A stretch of DNA of 63,151 bases, counting the filler, from Collodictyon triciliatum (Eukaryota): assembly GCA_043381765.1 (NCBI GenBank). It is 7 parts of 7 records of this genome, joined end to end, with 100 filler letters (N's around TTAATTAATTAA, not from the genome) between each part and the next. Parts side by side here need not be neighbours in the genome. Positions count along the whole stretch, not along the records: positions 21,833 to 32,630 come from JBHJMP010002559.1; positions 32,731 to 43,523 come from JBHJMP010002560.1; positions 43,624 to 54,413 come from JBHJMP010002561.1; 4 more parts are not named here. One strand, written 5' to 3'. A model generated the notes under the pieces. That model did no database searches, had not been told where the DNA came from, and saw only the letters and a list, made by a program, of their open reading frames with translations. Positions 28,123 to 44,380 of the stretch are shown here, in pieces. Numbering within the stretch: position 1 is the first letter of the stretch; every line of letters begins with the position of its first letter. The translations under genes were made by a program, and so were the position numbers.

Positions 28123-28821
28123 GTTCTAATAAGGGTCGTTGTGGGTCATAAGAAGCGGTCATTTACGGGGCCAACTGGATAAAGGGTGGAGAGGGCGTTT
28201 GGGAAACAAAAAGCAGCATCCTTTCTCCAGTTAGCACATAGGATTCGCGACTGCGATCAATTCTTCAAGATTTCGGGTTTGAACTGATGGGGTTCGCAAC
28301 GATCTGAATCAATCGATCGATTGTTCACGTTTTCAAGTGAGAGCCAAAGCTTGTAGGTAAAATGGGTCTCTTAGGTTGTGAGCTAACTGATGAAGAGACC
28401 ACAGGGAAGTGTAAAGTCCCGGCTTGATGTGCTGGGAAGCTAGCTCTGTACCAACAGAAATGCCCAACAGATAACCAGCCCTTACTGGGACAAAGACTTG
28501 ATGGGGAGGTTGCAAGAGGATGCGAGGGTACTTACAGAGGTTTTAGGGTGGGCACGATACTTTCCGTGGGTGCGGTGGACACGATACTTTCGCTTTGGGG
28601 CCGAAGAGAAGAGAAACTTTACTTCCGAAATCTGGCCATTGAGAAAAATTTTACATAGAGCAGAATGAAATTATTTCCCTTTTCTGGAAAAGGGAGGAAT
28701 CTGGGTGTTTTGCTGTATTACCGCCACGATTTTCGGAGCAAAGGCAACCAAAACCAAGCAAAAAATCTGACCTTGGCCGCTCTTGTGTGGGCGGAGTTTC
28801 CTTTATCTTGAGAGGTAGTTT

Positions 28822-28847
28822 CTTTGAATCGAACAAAGAAAAAAAAA
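28822..28847 (+). mobile_element. Older copy of the micro-insertion with a diverged target-site duplication
   Basis: ctttgaatcgaacaaag+A9 flanked by tcttgagaggtagttt (28806-28821) and tcttgaagggtagttt (28849-28864). Confidence 0.7.
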
Positions 28848-28862
28848 TTCTTGAAGGGTAGT

Positions 28863-31749
<2,887 letters not shown>

Positions 31750-32532
31750 ATCTTTCTGCAGTGCTTTTTTCTTTGTGTCTCGTGTGGCGATCTGTTAAGT
31801 GTAGCGGGTGAGAGAAGCGAAACAGCTGCAGTGACAGCCTATGTGGTTTGGAGGGTACTGGGCCTGTCAGTGTGGGGAGGGATCCAATTGCGTTGAATAT
31901 CCAAGGAAAGGGTTTGGGCTCATGTGACGCCACGCTTCCCTTGCTTGATTTTTTTTTTTTCTTAATTCAGACGTCATTACACACAAAAGGTTGCTTGACT
32001 GAAAAAAAATGAAAATGAAAATGAAAATGAAAATGCAAATGAAAAGAAAGAAGGAAAAAAGAAAAGGAAAAAAGAAAAGGAAAAAAGAAAAGGAAAAAAG
32101 AAAAAGGAAGAAAAAGGAAGAAAGAAAAAGAAAGGAGGAAAGAAAAAGAGAGGAAAGAAAAAGAAAAATGGAGCTGTATGAGAGATGAACTATGCAACTT
32201 GTTCTATTACTTGACGCCAACTCCTCTTTCTTTTTTCAAGTTCTAGTGCTTAATATTCACACCTGAAACACGGCATTGCCATCCTCTCTTCTATCCCAAG
32301 CGAACTTGGGTTAGACTTTGAGTCCATAAGTTACCTGCCTTTTTTTTATGTAAAAACTGATTCATTTCCTTTTTCTTTATTCCAACGCGATGCGGTCTGA
32401 CGCTTTTCTTGTGTTGACCATTCTAATCTACGTGGTAACTCTGATTCACCTTCTTGTGCAGGCACATCGACTAGTGGAATATCAGTGGGCTTTTTAACAC
32501 TCCTTAAATGATCTTTTCTTCTCCTTCCTAAT

Positions 32533-32630
<98 letters not shown>

Positions 32631-33310
32631 NNNNNNNNNNNNNNNNNNNNNNNNNNNNNNNNNNNNNNNNNNNNTTAATTAATTAANNNNNNNNNNNNNN
32701 NNNNNNNNNNNNNNNNNNNNNNNNNNNNNNTTTTTTTTTTATTTTTTTTTTTTTTTTCTTTTTTTTTTTTTTTCTTTTTTTATTTCTCTTTTTTTATTTC
32801 TCTTTTTTTATTTCTCTTTTTTTTTCTTCCTTTCAATTTGTGCACTTTTAATTCCTATTTACTTCAGTGTTTTTTTTAATTTGTTATAAAAGCGAAACTA
32901 GCTACTCAGTAGACTCGATCAGCTGCTCAGTCTCGCTGCGTGTGGAGGTTCTTTGTACCGTGGCAGCAGCATCTGGGGACGAATCCATCGGGCGGTGGTT
33001 TAGAGTTTCCTACCCTGGACACGATTCAGCAGTGAGATTTCCTTTCGCATTCGTTTTTCCTCCGTCAGAGCGCGGCTTCGCGGGTTCTGCGTGGTTCGTG
33101 GCGATCTGCTGCGAGCGGGTTTTGGGCTGTGTGGACTTTATCGGGCTCTATTCTCCATATGGAAACTGAGATTTCGACAGGAAAGGTGATTTATTTATTT
33201 GTGGAATATATGGTATATATTAAATTCAATTTACTTTATTTGGTTTAGATAGCCTAATTAATATAAATTTCATTTACATGATCGATAAATAATAGAATTA
33301 GTATTCATAG

Positions 33311-34779
33311 AACCAGAAGAAATCGTTGCGTTTAAGCGCTGCGTTTTGTCTGCAAAGGGAATCTGTATTAAACCTGCTTCCAATCGAAAATCGATCACGA
33401 AAGCAAGATCAGTGGCAACAAAACCAACACAAAAGCCAGGGATGAGTTCGAAGCCTGCCACAAACCCCAAAAAATCGCCGCTTGGGAAGGTACGTCACGC
33501 AGCAGTCCTCCACTTTCCCTTCCGCTTGTTGTTTTTCTTTTCTAAAACATTTTTTTTCAACTACCTACCAATGATTATACTTGCGCTCGCACGACCTTTC
33601 CGACAACAGCACGCTGCCGGTGTTACTACGAAACATGACAAACCAGTAGATCTGGCGAATGCACAACATGTGGGAAAGGTAAGAAGACACAAAGATGCTA
33701 TGCTACCCACAAATATTATCTTGCCGAGTTCTGCACATATGTTCGGAATTGCTTCGACGTATAAATCAATCGTTTAAACAATTCTTCTTTGATTGTTAAA
33801 ACATGATATGACATTGCAGGCAGGAAACTCCCCGTCAAAAAATTATGGTATTCCACCATCCGATTCATCTGTATCGATACCATACGAGGGCAAACCACCC
33901 CATCAACCTGATGAGTCCATGGTCGAAAAGACTCTTAAGAAATCTCCCTTGAAGCTTCATAACGCAGAGGAGGCGACCAAAGTCCACCCAACAGGGAAAA
34001 AATCTACGGGATCTGAGCAAAGACTTGTATCGCCTGAAGCAAACACAGGAAACAAGGCCAGCAAATCCAGAGAAGAAGCCCCACCAAAGCCCCACCAAAA
34101 AATTCATCAAGTCGCATCACCGCCTTCATCTAATCTGAACAATCAAGGAAAGAAAGAGCCTGCTACAAAACTCCATCAACCAACTGGAAAAAAGGCACCT
34201 GTTGTACCTACACTTACAAACAAGTCACCATGCCCAAAACCTGTATCAGATACAAAAGCTCTCCCCATCCATATTCAATCTATCGTAGATGAGCCTGAAA
34301 TAGAGGAGGATATCACAATCGATGAGAAATCATTTGTCCCTGTCTTGGACATCAGGCAGTTTCGAAAGTCAGAGTTTAAGGATGTGATGGAGCAACACAT
34401 AATCGAGGACCTTGCCGAGGAGAAATGTGAAGATTTGGAACTTTTGGCAGAGCAACGAGAGCGTCAGCTGAAGGCTGAAAAAGAAGCCCAACGACTACAC
34501 GAGCTGAAAAGACTGAGTGAAGAGCCTGCTAAAGAAGTTGAAGAGGATATAGATACTGCTGAGGAGGTGCGTAACGCTGTTGTACCGCGTATCCAGATGA
34601 TTAAGCAGGATGAAGTATTGGAACTTCCTGAGGAGAGAATCTCAGAAAGAGACTCCAGGTCGCATAGGAATATAACGGGGAGTACCGTATCAAATGATGT
34701 TCTTCAAAGTAACCGTTATTCGGAGCGAATGGAATATGCCGAAGACTTTGAAGAAGAAATAGAAACGGCAGATGGGTGA
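33311..34779 (+). CDS. Hypothetical protein, Lys/Pro-rich then Glu-rich; 5' end uncertain
   Basis: Open frame of >300 codons (33793-34779) plus small upstream GT-AG exons; no family recognised. Confidence 0.5.
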
Positions 34780-35220
34780 CATACTTCTCGGGGTTTTCTC
34801 GTCTTGAGTTGAATTTTTTTGTGATATAGCACTAGCTGAGCACTTACATTGTGCTTTAATATAAATTGATGAGACAATCTTCAAGTATTCACTCCTTTTC
34901 TTTAAACCTCATTTGAACCCTTACCCTTTTCCTCGGTGATTTATGGAAATTACTGATTTTCCCCCCAAAAAACTTGTATCAGGATATTTAGTCAGACTTT
35001 TTTTTTTTTGAAAGTCTGACTGATTATCCTTAACCCTTTAGAACATATATTTCTTTGTTTATATCCACTCCACTTATATTTGTGTAAAAAAAAGAAGGCG
35101 GGGAGGGGTTTAAAAAAAAATCACCTGTGTGCATGTTCGATATTCAGTCTCTTTTCAGGTCTTACTAACAGTGCTGTGAATTAATTTCATACAACTATTT
35201 ATATTATCGCAAAAAATTGC

Positions 35221-35277
<57 letters not shown>

Positions 35278-36826
35278 CTTCAAGTATGTGGTAAAAGTTT
35301 AGATGTTTGGTCACTGAATAACGAGGCAGAAGCAACCCACAGCAAAATACCTCTTAATTAGATACATGTTTACGATATTTTGACATCACAGCTTGCGAGT
35401 TGGAACGCAATAAGATTTTGTCATTAACCCCAAGCTTTTTCTCATGTTTGTGAATCCTCATACAGTCAGGGATGAGATGGTTGATTGGCTGGTGGTGTAT
35501 TTCTGAGGTAATGTATCATATAAGATGTATGAATTGCTTCCAGACCTCCTCATCCCACCTCTCTGAACAGTCCAGAAATGTGGCGCATGATAGGCACTTT
35601 TCAATTCCCTTACTTTTCGAGGCCAGTGGTACACATATATGTACGTGATGTAGGAAGAATATTTTACACCACTGCTTGGGGTCATATGCATGGTATAAGT
35701 CACCTGAAGTAAGTAAATGATAGTTATTTTCTGGAGGCTCGAGAGTTTTAAACCATCAGAATATTTATACTTCAAGGCCGACGAGAAAGGCCAAAATAAT
35801 GGTTTGGTATCGAGTTGTAAATGTTTGCAAGTGGGCGATATTAGATAGTGGCCTTCTCTATGAGATGGCAGAAAAAGCGCGAATATCCAACTACACGCAG
35901 TCTATGCAATTCCCTGCGGCCATGTGCTTCTCTAAATTATTTAGTACTAAATCCCACCAGCAACACCATACCACAAATCAGGCATGAATGGTGGGAAGAA
36001 TCACTGGACATCACACACCCCGCTCGCCAAAAGTTGAAGACGAACGCAAATGTCACAGCCCCTTCCAAATCACTGCCCTCTCGTCTTTCACATCACTGTT
36101 ATGGAGTTGTGCATAACTACACGATGGATACATTTAAAACAGATGAATGAGTCTTGTGCACGCCATTATAGAACACCAGCTTCATATTCATATGAACGCC
36201 CACGGGTATGACATAAGAATACTGGCTAAAAAAAAAGGTTTTTCCTCTGGCGACAGAAAACACAGCCACGCAGCAAATGAGTCTCGTCCCTCGAACACCG
36301 CCCACAACCAACACCAACCAGCCCAAAAAGGATGAATAGTTTCTCATACCATAAATAATTTTTGTTACTGGAAAATATAGTAAACTTTGTTTTCTTGTAA
36401 ATTTTGTGTTTTAAGAACCATAAATACTAAATCGTTCACATAGAATCATTAATTGCTTAGTTCAAGGCGCACGATTAGCCAGAAACCAGCATCGATGAAG
36501 GGGAACCATTCATGGTAACCCGATTCTGGTTCGGCCATTCCGTCACGATCCGTCAGATCGCGCTTCAGTCGCATAAGCCTTTTGCAATCAACGCGTTTCA
36601 ACACGCAGACTCAATAGAGGCAGCCTTCATTCGCAAGCACATAAGTACGAGACAGACGCGCTTGAATGAATGAATGAATATTTTTTTTTATTGACAATTA
36701 TTGATAGGCTGTCTTTTTGCTGTTTCGAAAGGAAAGAGCACAGTTTTTCACACTCGAATCCCGTCAACGTGTCCGATCACTGACAGATTCTGTGCGCAAT
36801 CTTGTCAGGACAGTTCCAAAGGCCGA

Positions 36827-39800
36827 ATGAGCGAAGCCCCGATCTTCCGACCGACTCCCGCAGAGTTCCAGAACTTCCAGGCCTTCATAGCGTCCATTGA
36901 GCCTGTTGTTGCAAAGGCAGGAATAGCAAAGGTGGTTACTTCGTTACTTTTTTTTTTTACCTGCCTTTTTTTCTCTGTGATTTGTTTGGGCCCCCTTTTT
37001 TATTTATTTATTTTAAATCCTGATTTGAGTTTACTATTCGAACTACCGATTTTGTTTGTTGGCTTGTTCATCATACTGGTGCATTATTTTTTTTTTAGTT
37101 AATTATTTCATGGATATGTGACTCTCTTTTTTTTCCCCATTCCTCCTTCTGCTCTTTACAAAACTCAGATAATACCGCCAGACGGTTGGAAGGCACGAGA
37201 AAATTATGACAATCTCGACTTCCTGGTGACGAAGCCTGGAAAGCAACATAGAACAGGATCAAAGGCATACGCACAAATATACTTCATAATATCATCGCAT
37301 GTCAGTGCGCCGTATTTTCGTGTATCTTCACGTATTTTAAAGCCTATGCGCTAAACTTTTTTCTATGATAACCAGGGTGTATTCGAACAAATCATGATAG
37401 AAGGTCGTAGTATGCCATTGCGGCAATTCAGAGAAAATGGTCTGGCGGACGACACCCGGGTTTTTAACTTCAATTGACACATTAACACAGCCCTATGGCC
37501 CTGAATGTGTATATTTATATTTTGGTCAAAATAAATAAACTTCTTTATTTACCATGGATGTTTTCCTCATCGGCAGTATGGCCACCTTGAGCCCATGGAG
37601 ATGGAGCGTCGCTTTTGGAAGAATGCAGGGATACTGAAGCCTGTTTACGGAGCTGACCTTCATATGACATTGTTCGACCCGTCAGTGAAAGACTGGAACT
37701 TGAATCATTTGCAAGACCCAATTATGAGACGCATCGAAGATGACATTCCTGGAGTTACATCACCATACATTTACATCGGAGCTCATTTGACCTCCTTCGC
37801 ATGGCATGTAGAGGACATGGATTTGTACTCTATAAATTATCTTCACCACGGATTGCCAAAGTTCTGGTATTCAATCAGCCCAGATTATGGAGCAGAATTC
37901 GAAGATTTAGTTCGTGTATGTCGACCGCATTTCAGTTTTATATTCTTTCGTCTTGAAAAAATGATTATTTAGGAAGAAAGAATCATAATACGAAATCAAC
38001 AATTTAAGCACACATTCTTATAAATTCTTTTAAAAGCCTTATAAAAATGTGAATCTAAATTACTGCTGAATTTCTATTTTGATGAATGTAAATTGTTGTC
38101 TAGAATGTGGTTCGAAAGTGACTGTACATATATTTCTTTTTAATCTTCTCCCTCATTTTTAAAAACGGTATAGTCACATTTCCCAGAGTTGGCCAGAGAT
38201 TGCAAGGCATTCTTACGTCACAAAACCATATTGCTATCGCCACGTGTGTTGGAGGCCCGCAGGATTCCATACAACATTGTCGTCCAGCGAGAAGGTGAAT
38301 TTGTAGTCACGATGCCGTATGCCTATCACGCAGGATTCAACTTCGGGTTCAACGTTGCTGAGGTAATCATATTAATTAAGAGTTTAAAGAAATTTGTTTA
38401 TAGGAAAAAAAAAGTTAAAGTAAGATATGGATTTGAACTCAGAGGAGAGAGATATGGCCATACATAGGATGTAATTGTGTCTATGTACGCGCATTTATGT
38501 ACTTTCTCTATGTTACGGCTCTCCTTTTAGGCTGTGAATTTTGCAACCGAAAGATGGGTTGCATACGGACGGAAATCTGTAAAATGTAATTGCCGCGACA
38601 TAAATGTATGGATTGATATGTCGCTATTCAATGACATCGAAGGTACTCTCTCGCATCCCTATGGTGCTGCTCGTTGTTGTAACTCCTGCTAGAAATTTTG
38701 CCCCACATACGCTTTTTTTATTTAGTGTTTTTTTTTTATTGTTATGATTAAATCTAGTATCATAATATTTATTTAAGAGTAACTTATGACGTATATAAAC
38801 CACAAGATTCTTTCCTTGGTTGCTCACCGACAAATGGTACTGTGAACGCATCCGAACAATTATCTGCAAAATGCGCTCGATGCAATAAGACTCGACAGGT
38901 TAAGACTCTCCCGCTCGAGAGAGAGTTTCGGTGCTCAGTAATCCCTGGAATGACATGCAGTCACCCACAAGCAGGGGTAGAGGCCCCTGTGAAACAAACA
39001 CATATGAAGCAAACCAAAGAAAAGAAGCAGGCTCAAAGAGATACGATACACTTAAACACAATCCCATTGATACCAATATCTTCATCGCCAGTGATGCCAT
39101 GCACGCGTGTTTTTTCTTCCTTGCTCTTTTCAACCGAGTTTGTTTTGTATACACTCTCATAACTCCAATTTAACAAACCCAGACCAGCCATCGCGTTGTT
39201 TTTTCTGATGTTATTTTATATGTCCTATTTTTGTTTCTATTCATTATCATTTTTTGTTCCTGTCAACAAAATGAATGGGATATACTACGTAATTATCTGG
39301 TCGAACATGTTTTTTTTATACTTTATATTGTAGTATAATAATCCTCGAATATATCAAATGCTTATACGACTTATTTATTCATCCAGATCGCTCACAGAAC
39401 CCTCCGTGAATGTTGTGACCGATGACGATTTATGCCAGTGGGTACAGTGTGACCTTTGCGACAAATGGCGCATTCTTTCGAGTGGATTGAGTGCAGACAA
39501 GTTTAAAGACTCGTTTCATTGTGACATGATACAAGGATGCGATTGCAACGTAATTCTATTTTCAATATTTCATACCAGTGTGTATTGGGTGCATATTGGT
39601 TTATTTGATTTTGTTTTGCTTTATTACCATGAACGTTTTTATATAAAATACGCAAATCGTATACCCTCAGATACCAGAGGATAGCATGGATGACCACGTA
39701 GATTTGACCCATGCTCTTGACTCGTTAAACACCCCTACTGTTAAGGACAGAAAGAGCCCACGAAAATCGCCACCTGGAAACAAGAAACGCAGAACGCCAA

Positions 39801-39913
39801 ACACCCCAAAATCTACTCCCTCGAAAGCAAGAAAACTCGTTCTCAAAACCAACAAATGTGAACAAAACACAGAGCCGGAGCTGATGCTCTCTTTACCAGC
39901 AGAGTCTGCATGA
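36827..39913 (+). CDS. KDM4/JMJD2-like JmjN-JmjC histone demethylase with C-terminal CW-type zinc finger(s)
   Basis: [10 protein letters not shown]...[75 protein letters not shown]...FHC...C. Confidence 0.9.
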
Positions 39914-39915
39914 GT

Positions 39916-40014
<99 letters not shown>

Positions 40015-40529
40015 GCATATCTGAACTGTTTACAATCATTTTTTATCATTTTTTTTATTTTATTTGGATAATAATATGTGGCTTCTTTCATTGGAACTAT
40101 GAACCCTTGCGAATAACATCTTTGTGTGCTGAGAGTACTTAACAAACAGTACCATTACTCAGTCGCATAGTTCGAAGCCTTTGTTTTCCTGGTTTTTTTT
40201 TTCTTTCACTTTGCGCGTGAGCGTTTTATACACCCCTATCTTTTCTGACCAGTTTTCAATTTTTCATTTACTTTTTCTCTTTCAAAGAACTGATTCGCCT
40301 GGCCTCATCAATTATCACAGTAATGACGAATTGGATGAGACCCAACGCCAAATTTACTTATCCCATCTTTCTTTCCGCCTTTGATAATCTTCATCACGAT
40401 TTATTTTTATTCTCTTTCTTTTGAGCCATAAAAGTCTACCTTCCGCAACGTTGCAACACTCTCGTCTTTGTTTTTATTCTTGTGTGACTTTGTATCATTT
40501 TTGTCCAGCATCGCGAGAAACTTGCATTC

Positions 40530-40980
40530 CTATGAAGAGCCTCCTTCCTCCAAAGCGGCAGAGGCAAAGTCGTTTATGCGGGGATACCTGGCTTTTTCAT
40601 CCAGCTGGCTTTGCGTCCATGAGAGAAGCTTCAAGAGATTAGGCAACTTCGGCTCTGATGCATTTTAGGAAAAGGGAAAAAAAGAAAAGAAAATAACTGA
40701 ATGCACTTTGATTATTGTTTCTCCTCTTTCTTCCTTTGGAGAACTAGGTCAGGTCTCTCATTGCCAGTGTGTCGATGAAAGCACAGTACCCTTCTCTTGG
40801 CCCTGGCTTGCGAGAATGGCAGCGTTGAGCTCGCTTGCAGTCTTTTGTCTTTGACTGTTTTCAAGCAAGTCGCTCACAGGGGACCTTATATGTTGATTGG
40901 ATAATTAATTATTTTCTTCTGAAAAAGAAGCCCCTAACCCTTAAAAGAAATATGTAAACCCATGAACTTCATTATATTCT

Positions 40981-41062
<82 letters not shown>

Positions 41063-42238
41063 ATGGATGCTCTTATATATGTACACAGTCTTTACGTAAT
41101 TAGAATCAAAACATCGAGCCTTTTCAATAGGTGAAATATATGATTGAATGATGCAAAATGAGATATTAAAAAAATATAAAGCCTTCGAGTTACGCACTCT
41201 GCAGGGTTATCGAACGCGAGCAATGCCATCGTCCTTTCAAGCTCCTGAAGTAGCTGAGGCTAAAATATGGATGATATAAACACTCAATCACATGAGACAG
41301 AAAGATTCATAACAAATGCAAGTGTAGTTTGAAATGTAGCGATGCTTATATTCGAAATATTGGGTATTATTTTTAATTTTAAACACGCGTTTACCAGTTT
41401 TAATAATAAATACAAAACATAAAATATAAAAGAGGGCTGGATAAAGTCAAATTTACGTTATCTTCTCCTCGGGGAGCCAACTCTTCCTGGGCAAAATCCA
41501 ACGCGGATTCCACATCACCACCACGTATTAGTTCGATCAATCGTTGTTGTTGAAGGTGGAAATATAACTCAGGATTTGTCTCTAGAATCTACCAAATAAT
41601 TAAAATTATGAACCGTCAAAGAACCCATGCTGTAGTTTACCAATATTTAATATTAAGCTGTATTTTAGTATTTTTGCACAATGTACACCGAAAAATGATC
41701 AACTCAAGAACCCATGAAAATATACAGTCGTTTTTTTTGTTTTGTTTTTTTCATTCATCCAACCAGTTATTGTTTTTACCTCTGGGTCTAAATCATTAAC
41801 CCGCACGATGGCATCACTCACATTCCCAGATTGAACAGCTGTGCGAATTGCCATTCTGTCCGAAATCGAGCTCAGATCAATCCCAGCTACCACAAATATA
41901 ATGACCGTGTTGTTTATAAAGAAATGTGATATCATGAACGTAAATATACACTAATCGAAGTTAATATAGTCCTATTTAAATGAATAAGAGAATCTTTACG
42001 TTCAGTCCCGGATTCTTGCTGGAACAGTTCAGCTGCCTCTTTATATCCCTCGATGACAAGATAATTCATCACCAACTGATTCAGATCACTGTGTATAATC
42101 GGAAAATATGATTAGGTGGGTATGTTGTAAGGAAAAATAAAAGCTAATTATTGAAGTACAAAAAAAAAAGCCGCAGAAAATAACTCATTACGCTTTCTCA
42201 ATTTTGACTTCATTCATTTTCTTCTCCCATTCCTCCAT
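40530..42238 (-). CDS. GID8: GID/CTLH complex subunit GID8/TWA1 (LisH-CTLH-CRA)
   Basis: [84 protein letters not shown]; start position uncertain. Confidence 0.92.
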
Positions 42239-43197
42239 CGAGAATGTTTTTTTCGTCTATGTTGATTTTAATTATCTAGGAATTAGTCTCAGTAATAGAA
42301 GGCAGACTCTGGTCCATTAATAATTATTCACCGTGTGGTTCGATTAAACAAAATAATCTCTTGGAAAACATAAACAAATAATAATTAACAAAATAAAACT
42401 CGAATAAAACATAAAAACAACAACACCAACAATAATAACAAAAATAATAATAAAACATATATTCAGTCAATGCCTGTGTCAGAGGATAATACTTACCGAA
42501 GACTGTGTTGGTTCACATGATCAGGCGCAGCGAAGTAATATGCGAGTAGAGTCGAGACGAAAGAGGTCAACCAGATAAGTTAAAAAAGAAAAGTAACCTT
42601 GAACATTCTAGTGAATAAAGTATAGAAGTCCTGCTGTTTGAACGAACCATCACGGATATCAGTTTTGGTTGTCTACGCTCTCAACCCTCGTTTTCTTCAC
42701 ACGTCCTTTGCCTCGCCCTGCAGCCAGCCTAAGAGTGGCTGAAGAGAAGAGTTGAGTTTAGAAGTAAGAAATAATGCAGCGTGCACTCGCCGAAACAAAG
42801 ACGAGATCCTTGAAGGGCAAACGCGCCACCAAGTGCTTTTCTTTTTTTGCTCTTCTTCTGGTGATTCTTGTCAACGCCGTGTAAAGAGCTGGTGTGTGAG
42901 TTCAATCATGGTAGAATAGGGCGCCGGCCAGCAAAGCTTCCTCGACTTGCAGGAAACAAGCTCGAGGGCGCACAATCCTCGATCACAGGAGCACGGTGAT
43001 TATATTTTCCACATTAACAATAAAGCCTTTTCCTTTTTTTTCCTGTTTTTTTCTTCTCTCTTTTCTTCTGTCTTTGTCTTTCGCGGTGCTTCGGAAAAAA
43101 CCTGAGAGAAGAGTTCGATGCGTGGGTAATCTGCTCCGCAGCTGAGTGCAGAAGTGGCAAAAGAAGCGGGCCTTTTTTTTTTTTTTTTGTAAGGAAC

Positions 43198-43378
43198 TTC
43201 ATAGCAAGCGGAGTCGTTTCTCATCTTTTTCGGAGGCCGTGAAATCGTGGCGTTTCAAGAGCTCTCCTTGGTTTTCTTTCTCGGCTCTGACTTTTGCCAG
43301 CACCTTATATATACTTTGCCGTCTCTGCAGTAGCTCGATTTCGTCTTTAAGTTCCAACTCTTGCAAACTCTTTGACTC
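43198..43378 (-). CDS. Terminal exon of an unidentified coiled-coil protein
   Basis: ESKSLQELELKDEIELLQRRQ...EKRLRLL* after an AG acceptor; upstream lost at the spacer. Confidence 0.4.
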
Positions 43379-43427
43379 TTGTGAAAAAGCACATCGTTTA
43401 ATAATGATAATGATAATAATAATGACG

Positions 43428-43523
<96 letters not shown>

Positions 43524-44380
43524 NNNNNNNNNNNNNNNNNNNNNNNNNNNNNNNNNNNNNNNNNNNNTTAATTAATTAANNNNNNNNNNNNNNNNNNNNN
43601 NNNNNNNNNNNNNNNNNNNNNNNAGAAAAGAAAAGAAAAGAAAAGAAAAGAAAAGAAAAGAAAAGAAAAGAAAAGAAAAGAAAAGAAAAGAAAAGAAAAG
43701 AAAAGAAAAGAAAAGAAAATAACAACGAAACAAAGAAACAAACAAAAAATCAAACTCTATAAATTTATAGTATAGATAGATATATACTGATTGAATAGTA
43801 GTCCATAGTTGTTCATTTTTTTTTGTGAACTCTATGTTGTTACTGTCCTTACTAATATACTTTTAAAATACATGTTGGTTTTTGTTTGGTTTGGATGATT
43901 GTCTCTGATGTTATAGAATCGGATTCTATAATTGCATTCATATCCTTCGTTCTCTTATAGTCGCATTTATTTTATTGGAAGATATAGTCGTAGACATAAA
44001 TAAGAGGACATGCAATCGCATTGTGATTAAATGATTTGTCGTTATTGTCTATTAAAATTTTATATATAAAACAATATTTCAGACACTTCCTCATCTACGA
44101 GTATTTTTACGTGATTGTGGTGGATTTTTATTGATCAAAAGACAAATTGGATGTTTATATGTAATAAACATGAGAAGCCAATCATTATGAATCAAAAAAC
44201 CGTGAAGGCGTGAAAACAAAAAAACAAAAAACAAAAAAAAAACAATTTAATGAAACTATGAGTTTGAATACTATGATATTATTAAAATGACAATATCATT
44301 AAAACTGTAAATATGTTTTTGATATCGCTATCAATTAATTAAAATCCAACGCAGCAGGAATAATCGTGCTTTGTACCGGA

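Noticed and set aside
35280-36350. Possible decayed mobile-element sequence (also 54780-55350)
   Set aside because: Coding-like composition with stops but no diagnostic motif I can support.
36489-36500. GCATCGATGAAG, the 5.8S rRNA motif
   Set aside because: Only 12 nt match, with no flanking rRNA similarity.
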